Positions 9,444 through 19,158 of a stretch of 63,259 nt of DNA are shown piece by piece. The notes beneath the pieces are model-generated. The model was given only the letters and a program-made list of their open reading frames with translations. It did no database searches and had not been told where the DNA came from. The stretch lies in the NCBI GenBank assembly GCA_043803945.1, contig JAZDJN010000021.1:1-63259 (forward strand), written 5' to 3'. Both the position numbers and the translations under genes were made by a program. This DNA comes from a bacterium. GTDB lineage: Bacteria > Bacteroidota > Ignavibacteria > UBA10030. Numbering within the stretch: position 1 is the stretch's first letter; each line of letters opens with the position of its first letter.

Positions 9444-12400
9444 ATGATCGCCAAACTGCAATGGTATTCTGGTTTACTTGTACTTGCATTCATTCTTTTC
9501 CCATTCACAGCAACAGCCCAAACCGTATCTGGCTCCATCACAGCCGATACAACGTGGACAGGGACAGTCGTTGCGGATTCTGTTTACCTGCCTGCCGGTA
9601 AAACACTCACCATCCAACCCGGAACGATCATTAAGTTTACTGCCGGCAAGACCCTGGTGATTGCAGGGGTACTGAATGCAAATGGTACATCAGCGAGCAG
9701 AATTGTCTTTACGTCAAATGCAGGCACCCCTGCCGCAGGCGATTGGAATGGAATAGAAATACAAGCTTCCGCGAATTCGGCATCGATCCTTAACTACTGC
9801 ACAATTGAATACGCCGGCAAGGGTTCAAAGAGCGCTGCTCTCTTCTATAATAATTCCGCCCCTGCGTTGAATGTTTCTAATGCTATCATTCAATACAGTG
9901 CAGGAGACGGGATCAATATCCTCTATACCTCGCCGCGAATTTCGTCATCATCCTTCAGGCAGAACGGTAAGTATGGAATCAATGCAAATGGTTCGCTCTC
10001 CTTCACGATTGACTCGTGTACTGTCTCGAGCAATACTCTTGGTGGTATCATTATCAGCACGAATTCGACGGGCTCGATCACAAATTGCGCTATCGATTCA
10101 AACGGAATTGGTATTCTTATTGGAAACAGTGCCGCTCCCGTCATTCAGAAAAATAGAATTCGACGGAACAATATCGGTATACAATTCAGCAGTCTCGGCT
10201 CTACCCAACCGACCATCTCCCAGGATACAATAACCAATAATATCACCTGGGGATTTTTGAATACCGCATCAAGCGGATCTTCCGTGCTTGCCCGAAATAA
10301 TTACTGGGGCAGCGATATGGGTCCTTATCATGCATCGTTGAATCCTACCGGTGCCGGTGATAAGGTAAGTGATCGAGTCGACTTTCAGCCCTGGAGTATT
10401 CTTGCGGCTGCTTTGCCTGTCACACAAATCGCAGCCAGCACGACAATAAGTGCTGATGTCACCTGGGCCAGCGGTGTGTACTGGTTGCGAGGAAGCATCA
10501 CAGTAAACGCCAAGCTGACAATCAATCCCGGTGTTATTGTGAAGTTCGCCCCCAATGCCCGAATGACTGTTAATGGCTCGCTACTCGCAAGCGGTACAGC
10601 AAATAATCTGATCGTCTTCACCTCAGAAAAAGATGACCCTTATGGCGGTGATAGCAACGGCGATGTGAATACTTCTATTCCTGGACGTGGTGATTGGGAC
10701 ATGGTCTATCTCAATGCAGGTGGTAATAGTTCATCCATTCTTACCTATTGCCTCTTCCGATATGGGGGATCTTCCAGTAATGGAAATATTCGCCTCCAAA
10801 GCTGCGCTCCAGTTATCAGTTATGTGACAAGCACACAAAGCTCCAATTATGGGTTGTATTCGGTTAATTCAAGTCCAACAATTTCCTATTCTACGTTTTC
10901 CTCTAACAACAACCATGGGCTTTTTTTTTATAATGGAATCTATTCCATCTACGCAGCAACAATTAGTAATAATGGAGGGCATGGTATCTATGCTGATGGA
11001 AATGGCCGCTTCAGCGTACGCAAATCTACCATTACCGGCAACAGCTACGGTGTCGTTGCCGATGGCGGGACAGCCAGTGCAACCCTGACTTCTCTTGATA
11101 GCTCAATCGTCTCCTTTAATTTTAATGGCGGTGTGTATGCTTGGTACGGTACAGGGAAACAGATCTTTGCCTATAACCGTATTGAAGGAAATCCAGCGTA
11201 TGGCATTTGGTGCTTCAATGTCGATACCGTCGCTACATTCGTTGGCGATACTCTTGTCAATAATGGAAACGATGGGATTGTTACTTCAAAGGCCTCAATA
11301 TCGAACTGCGTCATCCAGGGAAATCGTTATCCGATCGCGTTGATAGGGAGAGTAGGAACCTCTTATAACGGCAACACAATTTCCGGCAACAAGTATAACA
11401 ACGCTATCGCTCTCCGTGTAAACCGGGGCGAAGAAACATTGCGTGATACCTTAAGGAATACTTTTCCTTCAGGAATGACTTCCAATACTTATGTCTTCAT
11501 CGAATACGCTCCTGGTGTTGCTGTGAGCTCCGGGACCACACTTGTTATTTTGCCAGGGGCAATTATCAAGATGGAGTCCTATACGTATTTCCGTGTTGAT
11601 GGGACATTGATTGCGAACGGTACCATTGGAAATCCAATCGTTTTTACCTCCTATCGGGATGCCTCCTATGGCGGTAAAACGAATCTCGCGACTGACCTTA
11701 CAGCACCTGCACCGAATGATTGGCGTTATGTTCGACTGTACACTGCCAATGCAAGTGCCTCCATTCTCAATAATGTCATTTTCAAATACGGTGGAGATGA
11801 CGGATATGGAAATCTCTATATTTCCAATGGAGTGGTTTTAACTAATTCTATTACAAATATTGTTAGTCGTAAATCAAGTTCAATGGGAATACGTGTTTAC
11901 GATAGTCAGGTGATTTTTAACAATGCTCAGGTAGACAGCAATGCAACCCACGGAATTTTGATTGAAGGGAACCGGCCTTCCGATGTCACGGTCAGGAATA
12001 GTACTATTCAGGATAATTCCAATGGCCAGGGTCTCCGGGCAACGGACAACTCCACTTTCCGCGAAGTGTCAAATTCCATCATTCGAAGAAATAACGGTTG
12101 GGGAATCGGTGTTGATAATGGAACACTCGACCAGGTGTTTCAGGGAAATACTATCTCGAATAATATTTCCGGCGGTATCTGGAACAACAGCTTATCAATA
12201 CCGGCGACGAATCTGATCTATCGTGGAAATATTATTGCCGATAATGGAGGGGAAGGTATTCTTACGACCCGGGCCCGCATCGCAAGCAACACCATTCAAC
12301 GGAACCGGTTTCCGTTAGCAGTCTGGAAACGAACAGGAAACATCTATACCAATGATGTCGGGATCGATGATAATATTATCTCGGACAATGTTTATAACAA

Positions 12401-15089
12401 TGCTATCGCTATTTGGAATGATCAGTTGTACGATACTCTCAAGGCGGTATTCCCGGTACAAATGACCTCGAAAACCTATGTCTGTATAGATAATTTTAAT
12501 GTTCCTACTGGAACAACACTCATCATCGAGCCGGGAATCACAGTAAAATTTCAACCGTTACCCGGAAATTACAGACGCTGCGATGTGAACGGAACAATCA
12601 TAGCAATTGGGACACCGGCAAATCCCATTGTCTTCACATCGTGGAGGGACAATACGGCCGGTGGTAAAACTTCAGCAGCATCCGACAATGCCGCTCCGGC
12701 GCCAGGAGATTGGCAATATTTCGCCCTTCGCAATGGCAGCGGTGCTTCAATCGTACAGTACTGTCAGTTCAGATATGGCGGAGGTGATGGATCACAGGCT
12801 CTGTATTTCGATAGTAATGTGGGCGGAGTTGTATTCTCGAACAACCTCATTCGTAAATCATCCAGCTCAGGAATAAGAATCTACAATACGCTACTCACCA
12901 TTGATAGTACAAAGGTGGACAGTTCTACTTATCACGGTATTTACCTCAATGGCATTGCAGGCACTAACCTCATTCTAAAGAACTCGAAGCTTCTGGATAA
13001 CGGTCGATATGGACTTTGGGCAGAGAGCCCCTCAAAAGTATCGGTTGTTTCAAATTGTGAAATATCACGAAATGGATATACCGGTGTGGTCGTCGAGAAT
13101 AATTCTGTTCCTCTCTCTTTCATCGGTAACACTGTAAACAACAACCACGACCATGGTTTATATCTCAACTCAGTCAACGATGCTTTCGATTCATTGATAA
13201 CCATTGCCGGTAACCGTGTGCGCAATAATGGAATTACTGGAATATATTCCTCACGTGCTTATATCGCAAATGACTCCATCACAGGGAATCGTTATCCTGT
13301 CGGGCTCGTAGGCCAAATGTCTCTTATCAACACAGGAACAGCCAACGGCAATGTCTATTCCAATAATGTTGTCACCGGAAATGTGCTTGGAAAAACGCTG
13401 GTCGTTGAAAACACCTTCTACGGTAAATTAGGGTATTCATTTCTCGAAGGCGACAGCGCACATGTTGTTGCAGTTCGTGGAAGTGGATTCGTCCCGAGCG
13501 GATCAACACTCACCATCGCACCAGGAACTGTGATTAAATTCCCTGGAGAATTTGGCACCGCCCGGATAGAAGTTCAGGGAACAGTGAAATCGGAGGGAAT
13601 AGCCAGCAATAAGATTGTCTTTACCTCATGGAGAGATGACACCTACGGCGGTGACACCAATGCAGACTCGAACGCGACCGTTCCAGCGCAGGGGAATTGG
13701 GATTCATTCTGGATGAATGGATCGGGTGCGAACAATAGTCGTTTGCTCCACACCATCGCACGGTATGGGGGGAGCAGTGGATATGCCAACATCCGAATCA
13801 ACAGTGCTACCGGTGTCGCAATTGACTCGAGTATCTCATCCTACAGCTCAAGCAGCGGGATTTACCTCTACAGTTCATCGGCAACAATTAATGGCAGTGA
13901 TTTTCATCATAACGTTTGGGGATTCGAACTTCAGGGAGCTTCAGGCGGAACGGTTGCCAATTACAACAACATCTCCGACAATAGTCAATACGGATTATAC
14001 AACAATACGGGCAGTACAATCAATGCCCAAAATAATTACTGGGGAACGAATCTTGGTCCCTATATTAATCAGGGATCCGATCAAAATTTGTCGGGCACTG
14101 GCAATAGAATATATCTCGCCAATGGCGCAGTCACCTATCGGCCTTATCTCACATCGAGGACAGGAGTCTTGCTGGGAGATGTCACATTGAATGGTACGAT
14201 CTCCCCGCTCGATGCTTCGATGATCCTCCGATATGTGGTAGATGCAATAACATTGAATTCTACCCAGCTTGCCGCAGCGGAAGTCTCCGGCGACGGATCC
14301 GTGAGTGCCCTCGATGCTTCATTTATTCTGCGCTATGTGGTCGGATTAATCAGCGGATTTCCGCGGCTCGGAAAAATTGAAGCCTCTCCGGCTCTTGCCT
14401 CCTCCTACGAACTCTCGCCCGTAAGGCATTCAGCAAACGGCGAGTATACGATAGCATTTAGTACCAAACAACGCACTTCTCTCTCAACCGCTGAAATTCA
14501 TCTCCGGTTTGACTCGAATGCGGTTGAGCTCATCACGGTAGAGAAAACTGCTGCAACTGAAAACGCTGCTCTTGAATATCATGTGAATGCAGAGGGAATG
14601 AAGCTTGCACTGGCGACTGGTGAACCAATCCAGGATAGTGGAGAGCTCGTTCAAATCCGATTCCGGCCACGCGGGGAAACTGCTTCTTCCCAGGCTCCAT
14701 CCGTGCAGGTCGATAAATTCACAGTGAACGATGTTGATCTCCTCGTTCAGATGTCCGATGGAGAAAAAATTCCCGAACTCTCAACCGGCGTTCCTGTTGA
14801 ATTTGGCCTGCAGCAAAATTATCCTAATCCGTTTAATCCGACAACCACCATCAACTATCAACTGCCGGCTTCAAGCAGAGTCACAGTGAAAATTTTTGAT
14901 GTGCTCGGACAGCAGATCCGGACACTTGTGCAGAAGGAACAATCTGCCGGCTACTATCGGATTGTATGGGATGGTCGTAACGATAATGGAACTTCAGTCT
15001 CCAGTAATTTCTATTTCTGTCGTATCGATGCAACTGGCGGTACGAATGTTCAATACATGCATGTCATAAAAATGCTGCTCATGAAGTAG
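9444..15089 (+). CDS. Large secreted protein: five beta-helix-containing repeats, dockerin, cohesin-like domain, T9SS CTD
   Basis: Signal peptide; five copies of TLTI.PG..IKF...IVFTS...GDW-like motif; duplicated dockerin GDVTLNGTISPLDASMILRY / EVSGDGSVSALDASFILRY (~14175-14345); QNYPNPFNPTTTINY CTD. Confidence 0.85.
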   Translation: MIAKLQWYSGLLVLAFILFPFTATAQTVSGSITADTTWTGTVVADSVYLPAGKTLTIQPGTIIKFTAGKTLVIAGVLNANGTSASRIVFTSNAGTPAAGDWNGIEIQASANSASILNYCTIEYAGKGSKSAALFYNNSAPALNVSNAIIQYSAGDGINILYTSPRISSSSFRQNGKYGINANGSLSFTIDSCTVSSNTLGGIIISTNSTGSITNCAIDSNGIGILIGNSAAPVIQKNRIRRNNIGIQFSSLGSTQPTISQDTITNNITWGFLNTASSGSSVLARNNYWGSDMGPYHASLNPTGAGDKVSDRVDFQPWSILAAALPVTQIAASTTISADVTWASGVYWLRGSITVNAKLTINPGVIVKFAPNARMTVNGSLLASGTANNLIVFTSEKDDPYGGDSNGDVNTSIPGRGDWDMVYLNAGGNSSSILTYCLFRYGGSSSNGNIRLQSCAPVISYVTSTQSSNYGLYSVNSSPTISYSTFSSNNNHGLFFYNGIYSIYAATISNNGGHGIYADGNGRFSVRKSTITGNSYGVVADGGTASATLTSLDSSIVSFNFNGGVYAWYGTGKQIFAYNRIEGNPAYGIWCFNVDTVATFVGDTLVNNGNDGIVTSKASISNCVIQGNRYPIALIGRVGTSYNGNTISGNKYNNAIALRVNRGEETLRDTLRNTFPSGMTSNTYVFIEYAPGVAVSSGTTLVILPGAIIKMESYTYFRVDGTLIANGTIGNPIVFTSYRDASYGGKTNLATDLTAPAPNDWRYVRLYTANASASILNNVIFKYGGDDGYGNLYISNGVVLTNSITNIVSRKSSSMGIRVYDSQVIFNNAQVDSNATHGILIEGNRPSDVTVRNSTIQDNSNGQGLRATDNSTFREVSNSIIRRNNGWGIGVDNGTLDQVFQGNTISNNISGGIWNNSLSIPATNLIYRGNIIADNGGEGILTTRARIASNTIQRNRFPLAVWKRTGNIYTNDVGIDDNIISDNVYNNAIAIWNDQLYDTLKAVFPVQMTSKTYVCIDNFNVPTGTTLIIEPGITVKFQPLPGNYRRCDVNGTIIAIGTPANPIVFTSWRDNTAGGKTSAASDNAAPAPGDWQYFALRNGSGASIVQYCQFRYGGGDGSQALYFDSNVGGVVFSNNLIRKSSSSGIRIYNTLLTIDSTKVDSSTYHGIYLNGIAGTNLILKNSKLLDNGRYGLWAESPSKVSVVSNCEISRNGYTGVVVENNSVPLSFIGNTVNNNHDHGLYLNSVNDAFDSLITIAGNRVRNNGITGIYSSRAYIANDSITGNRYPVGLVGQMSLINTGTANGNVYSNNVVTGNVLGKTLVVENTFYGKLGYSFLEGDSAHVVAVRGSGFVPSGSTLTIAPGTVIKFPGEFGTARIEVQGTVKSEGIASNKIVFTSWRDDTYGGDTNADSNATVPAQGNWDSFWMNGSGANNSRLLHTIARYGGSSGYANIRINSATGVAIDSSISSYSSSSGIYLYSSSATINGSDFHHNVWGFELQGASGGTVANYNNISDNSQYGLYNNTGSTINAQNNYWGTNLGPYINQGSDQNLSGTGNRIYLANGAVTYRPYLTSRTGVLLGDVTLNGTISPLDASMILRYVVDAITLNSTQLAAAEVSGDGSVSALDASFILRYVVGLISGFPRLGKIEASPALASSYELSPVRHSANGEYTIAFSTKQRTSLSTAEIHLRFDSNAVELITVEKTAATENAALEYHVNAEGMKLALATGEPIQDSGELVQIRFRPRGETASSQAPSVQVDKFTVNDVDLLVQMSDGEKIPELSTGVPVEFGLQQNYPNPFNPTTTINYQLPASSRVTVKIFDVLGQQIRTLVQKEQSAGYYRIVWDGRNDNGTSVSSNFYFCRIDATGGTNVQYMHVIKMLLMK

Positions 15090-15102
15090 GATGGTGCTCC
15101 TC

Positions 15103-15129
15103 TGAGGTCAGAGAGATTCTCTGACCTCG
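15103..15129 (+). promoter_or_regulatory. Intergenic stem-loop without a U-tract
   Basis: GAGGTCAGAGA-GAT-TCTCTGACCTC forms an 11-bp perfect stem between co-oriented genes. Confidence 0.55.
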
Positions 15130-15161
15130 GTATCAACTCATTCTCAACCATAAGAGCAGAA

Positions 15162-18100
15162 ATGACTTCCATGATAAATAAAACACTGATTTCGTTGGGC
15201 TTGATCTTCGGCCTGCTCCTTCCGGCGGCTGGTCTTCATGCGCAAATGAAAACCTTGACGATTCGCGATACGACGGCCCGGAAAGGCGATACGCTCCTCA
15301 TTCCGGTTCGCATCTCGACCTTAACGACAGGCGACAGCGTCTATTCGGCGCAGGCAACGTTTTCCTATAATAGCGCAGTGTTGAATATTATCGGAATCGA
15401 AACCAATGGCACCTTGACACAGGGCGTTGGTTCTCTACTCTATAATACGACGACTCGCCGGCTGGCCTTTGCTTCAACGACTATCCTGACAGGAAGCGGA
15501 ACACTTGTGTACCTGAGAGCTGTTGTCTCCTCTTCTCCAACAACGCAAGTTGATTCAGTCAGAATTCAGAGTGCACAACTCAATGAGGGCGCACCGCCGC
15601 TGACAATCGACAACGGATATTTCCGAATCCTCGCAACCACTCTTGCACCAAAAAATCCGCCGGCGAATCTTGTTCCCGGAGATTCTGTACAGTTTACAGC
15701 CTCCGGCGATCAACTTCCGCCGCTGATCTGGTCTCTCTCGACACCATCCATAGGATCAATCGATGCCTCAGGCAAGCTCCGGACAACCGGGGTCGGTCAA
15801 CTTAAAGTATTTGTGCAGGACTCACGCGGTTTGAGGGATTCATCAAATCTCTTCGCAATTAATTCGCCATCGCTGAAAAGTCTCACACTAACTGCCGGCA
15901 ACGGAACGCAGAAACAGACGCTGTATGTTAATCTGCCGATTTCAATATCGGATGTCTCCTCACTCGGCATTTACTCAGGGAAGTTTTCTCTCTCGTTCAA
16001 TGCCGGACAATTGCAGGCCATTGATATTATTACAGCGGGAACACTTACTGCATCCTGGCCTAAACCGGTCTTCAATATCATCGCGGGAAATATCGATATC
16101 GCATTTGCCGGAACGACACCGCTTTCGGGGAGCGGCGCACTGCTCTATGTCCGCTTCAAGGTATCAAACACAGCATCGGGAAGTTCCACGGTTTCCCCCT
16201 CCAATGTGCTCTTCAACGAAGACATTAATGCAAATACTGTGAATGGCACGTTCACGGCTCAAGCAGCACCGACCCTCGTCATCTCGCCCAACTCGAGGGT
16301 GATGACCAGAAACGATACACTGACCTTCATCGTGGCAAGCGGCGGAACACCACCCTACACCTGGTCATCAACCAATCCCGCTGCGGCTTTGATCGATGCG
16401 GGCAGCGGTTTTCTTACAGCGCTCGCACGAGGTACCACAACTATTAATGTTATTGATGCTCTTGGATTCAGCACAGCCTCAGGTATCATCAACATCAACG
16501 ATCTTCGCATCGCATTACCCGACACGTCGGTCAGTTTGGGTGATTCAATAGAAGTACCAATCTTCACCGAGACGCTCACCGGCCTTGAACTCTACGCATA
16601 TGAAACCCGAATTCAATACAACTCATCCATCATACGATTTCGCGACTTTATAACCACGGGGACATTGAGCAGTGCATTTACTGTGACAGTACGTGATACA
16701 CTTGATACCTTACGCGTGGCAGTCGCCGGTTCATCCGCACTCAGCGGCGGCGGCCAGTTACTCAAACTGCGATTCGCTCCCGCACTGGGTGCGACGAACG
16801 GCCAAGTAAGTCCGTTGAACTTCGCTCTCTTCCGATTTAATGAAGCGGGCGGGACGACACCAACAGCAACGGTTGTTAATGGCCGACTAAGCATTGGCCT
16901 TACACCGCCGCAGGTTCCAACACCTAATGTTGCATCCGGAATCAGTTCAACAGGATTTACTGCGAGTTGGTCATCGGTGAACGGTGCAACTAGTTACCGC
17001 GTTGATGTTGCAACAAACGTTGGGTTTTCATCGATCGTCACTGGATACAACGATATCACAGTTACAGGAACTGGACTCAATGTGACAGGACTCAGTGCAA
17101 ATACATCCTATTACTTTCGCATCAGGTCGGTAGGAGCGGGTGGAACGAGTGCAAGTTCGAATACTGCCTCTGTCACCACTCTTCAAACGCCGCCCGGAGC
17201 ACCCACCGCTCTTGCAGCATCGAATATTACCTCCAACGGTTTCTTCGCAAATTGGAATGCGGTGAGTGGAGCAACGGAATATCGTTTGGATGTGTCGACT
17301 GATTCCACCTTCACCTCAATTGTGACCGGATATAATAATCTTCTCATCAGTACAGTAACGACCTATGCAGTATCCGGACTATCTCCAAATACAACGTACT
17401 ATTACAGGCTTAGGGCAGCCAACACCGGTGGATCCGGGGCCAGCTCCAATTTCATCATTGTAATGACATTGACTCCACCACCCGCTCAACCGGTGGCAGC
17501 ATCTGCATCGGGCATCACGGTGTCAGGATTTACCGCCCGATGGAGTACTGTTAACGGTGCAACAGGTTACCAATTGGATATTTCAAGTGATAATTTTGTG
17601 TCATTTGTTTCCGGTTACAACGCCGCCATGATAAGTGATACGTTTAAAGTGGTACCAGGCCTGGCAAACAACACAATCTTTTACTACCGAGTTCGTGCAA
17701 CAAATAGCGGAGGAGCAAGTACAAATTCGAACACGATTACCGTAACGACTCTTGCGGCGGGATCAGATATTCGGCACAGCATCTTCCTTCCGTCGGGCTG
17801 GAATATGATTTCAAGTTTCCTGGCACCCAAGGATTCAACCCTCGACTCACTGCTGATTAAGATCAAACCATCCCTCGTTATCCTGAAAAATGGAGCAGGT
17901 CAGATCTATTGGCCTTCCTTTACCATCAATACCATTGGTAACTGGAAACAGAGGCATGGTTATCAAGTGTATATGACATCCTCCGATACTCTATCGCTCG
18001 TGGGACAGGAGGTGAATCCTGCAAGTAATCCACTCGCCCTACCACAGGGATGGAATATGATTTCCTATCTGAGAAATAGTCCGATGAGAGCAGATTCATC

Positions 18101-18962
18101 GCTCATCACGCTCGGTGGCGCTCTTGTTATTGCCAAGAATGGTGCGGGACAAATTTATTGGCCTGCATTCTCAATCAATACAATGGTCAACATGAAACCG
18201 GGCCTGGGATATCAGTTGTACCTCTCCAGTACAGCAACGTTGACCTACCCTGCCAATACAAGTGCTGCGCCTTCGGTTGTATTTTCAAAACGATCAGCGG
18301 AGAGTTTAAACGATCTGTCACCGCAGCATTATCCCAAGACAGAGTGCGTCAGCGGATCAACCGCTATTGTTCTGGTGCAGGGAAGTTCACTCAACGAGGG
18401 CGATGAAGTCGGTGCCTGGGCAGCTAATGGGCTTTTAATCGGCAGCGGTGTTGTTCAAAATGGAAGATGTCTCATTACACTCTGGGGTGATAATACCTGC
18501 ACAACAGATAAAAAAGAAGGCGCTCTTCCCGATGAAACAATCAGGTTCACACTCTGGAAGAGTATCGATCGGATAGAATTGTCACCAAAGGTCAGTACCA
18601 TTATTAACAGTTTAACGGGGCAATCGCTTGGGCACACCCTCGTGTATCAAACGGACGGTGTATGGCAGGTAGAATTCGAACAGCCTGATTTCGTCCCCGA
18701 TCAAATATTCCTCGAACAGAATTATCCCAATCCCTTTAATCCTACAACGACGATACGGTATCGTTTGCCTCAGAATGGCAATGTGAGTCTGAAAATCTAC
18801 AACGCATTGGGACAGGTGGTCCTGAATGCCGCAGAAGGTGAACAAAAAGCAGGCTACTATGAAGTTCACGTTGATGCACGAACATTTTCCAGCGGTATCT
18901 ATTTCTACACTCTTGTGTTTGGCAACTCCTCCGAAACAAAGAAACTTATCGTCTTAAAGTAG
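15162..18962 (+). CDS. Secreted scaffoldin-like protein: 3 cohesin-like, 2 Ig-like (Big_2), 3 FN3 domains, T9SS CTD
   Basis: Cohesin-like units (GDTLLIPVRI..FSYNSAVL; VNLPISI..LSFNAGQL; GDSIEVPIF..IQYNSSII); three FN3 units F.A.W..V.GAT.Y.LD..NT.YYYR; two GWNMIS repeats; QNYPNPFNP CTD. Confidence 0.85.
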   Translation: MTSMINKTLISLGLIFGLLLPAAGLHAQMKTLTIRDTTARKGDTLLIPVRISTLTTGDSVYSAQATFSYNSAVLNIIGIETNGTLTQGVGSLLYNTTTRRLAFASTTILTGSGTLVYLRAVVSSSPTTQVDSVRIQSAQLNEGAPPLTIDNGYFRILATTLAPKNPPANLVPGDSVQFTASGDQLPPLIWSLSTPSIGSIDASGKLRTTGVGQLKVFVQDSRGLRDSSNLFAINSPSLKSLTLTAGNGTQKQTLYVNLPISISDVSSLGIYSGKFSLSFNAGQLQAIDIITAGTLTASWPKPVFNIIAGNIDIAFAGTTPLSGSGALLYVRFKVSNTASGSSTVSPSNVLFNEDINANTVNGTFTAQAAPTLVISPNSRVMTRNDTLTFIVASGGTPPYTWSSTNPAAALIDAGSGFLTALARGTTTINVIDALGFSTASGIININDLRIALPDTSVSLGDSIEVPIFTETLTGLELYAYETRIQYNSSIIRFRDFITTGTLSSAFTVTVRDTLDTLRVAVAGSSALSGGGQLLKLRFAPALGATNGQVSPLNFALFRFNEAGGTTPTATVVNGRLSIGLTPPQVPTPNVASGISSTGFTASWSSVNGATSYRVDVATNVGFSSIVTGYNDITVTGTGLNVTGLSANTSYYFRIRSVGAGGTSASSNTASVTTLQTPPGAPTALAASNITSNGFFANWNAVSGATEYRLDVSTDSTFTSIVTGYNNLLISTVTTYAVSGLSPNTTYYYRLRAANTGGSGASSNFIIVMTLTPPPAQPVAASASGITVSGFTARWSTVNGATGYQLDISSDNFVSFVSGYNAAMISDTFKVVPGLANNTIFYYRVRATNSGGASTNSNTITVTTLAAGSDIRHSIFLPSGWNMISSFLAPKDSTLDSLLIKIKPSLVILKNGAGQIYWPSFTINTIGNWKQRHGYQVYMTSSDTLSLVGQEVNPASNPLALPQGWNMISYLRNSPMRADSSLITLGGALVIAKNGAGQIYWPAFSINTMVNMKPGLGYQLYLSSTATLTYPANTSAAPSVVFSKRSAESLNDLSPQHYPKTECVSGSTAIVLVQGSSLNEGDEVGAWAANGLLIGSGVVQNGRCLITLWGDNTCTTDKKEGALPDETIRFTLWKSIDRIELSPKVSTIINSLTGQSLGHTLVYQTDGVWQVEFEQPDFVPDQIFLEQNYPNPFNPTTTIRYRLPQNGNVSLKIYNALGQVVLNAAEGEQKAGYYEVHVDARTFSSGIYFYTLVFGNSSETKKLIVLK

Positions 18963-18970
18963 CGTGAATG

Positions 18971-19010
18971 ATGAAGCCGCCCGCGCCCAGCGAAGCGGCT
19001 TCATTTTCTT
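18971..19010 (+). terminator. Rho-independent terminator
   Basis: ATGAAGCCGC...GCGGCTTCAT stem followed by TTTCTTCTT. Confidence 0.7.
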
Positions 19011-19158
19011 CTTCCCTTTTTACAATTCATTTCTGTATCTTTCTCCAGAATCATCTGAACACTGTCGGCATGATGGTCCATACCATCACAGGCGGCCTAA
19101 GACAGTACAGAGAAAAATATAAATCTGCATCGATCTCGCACACTGGAAGGAGACCTTT

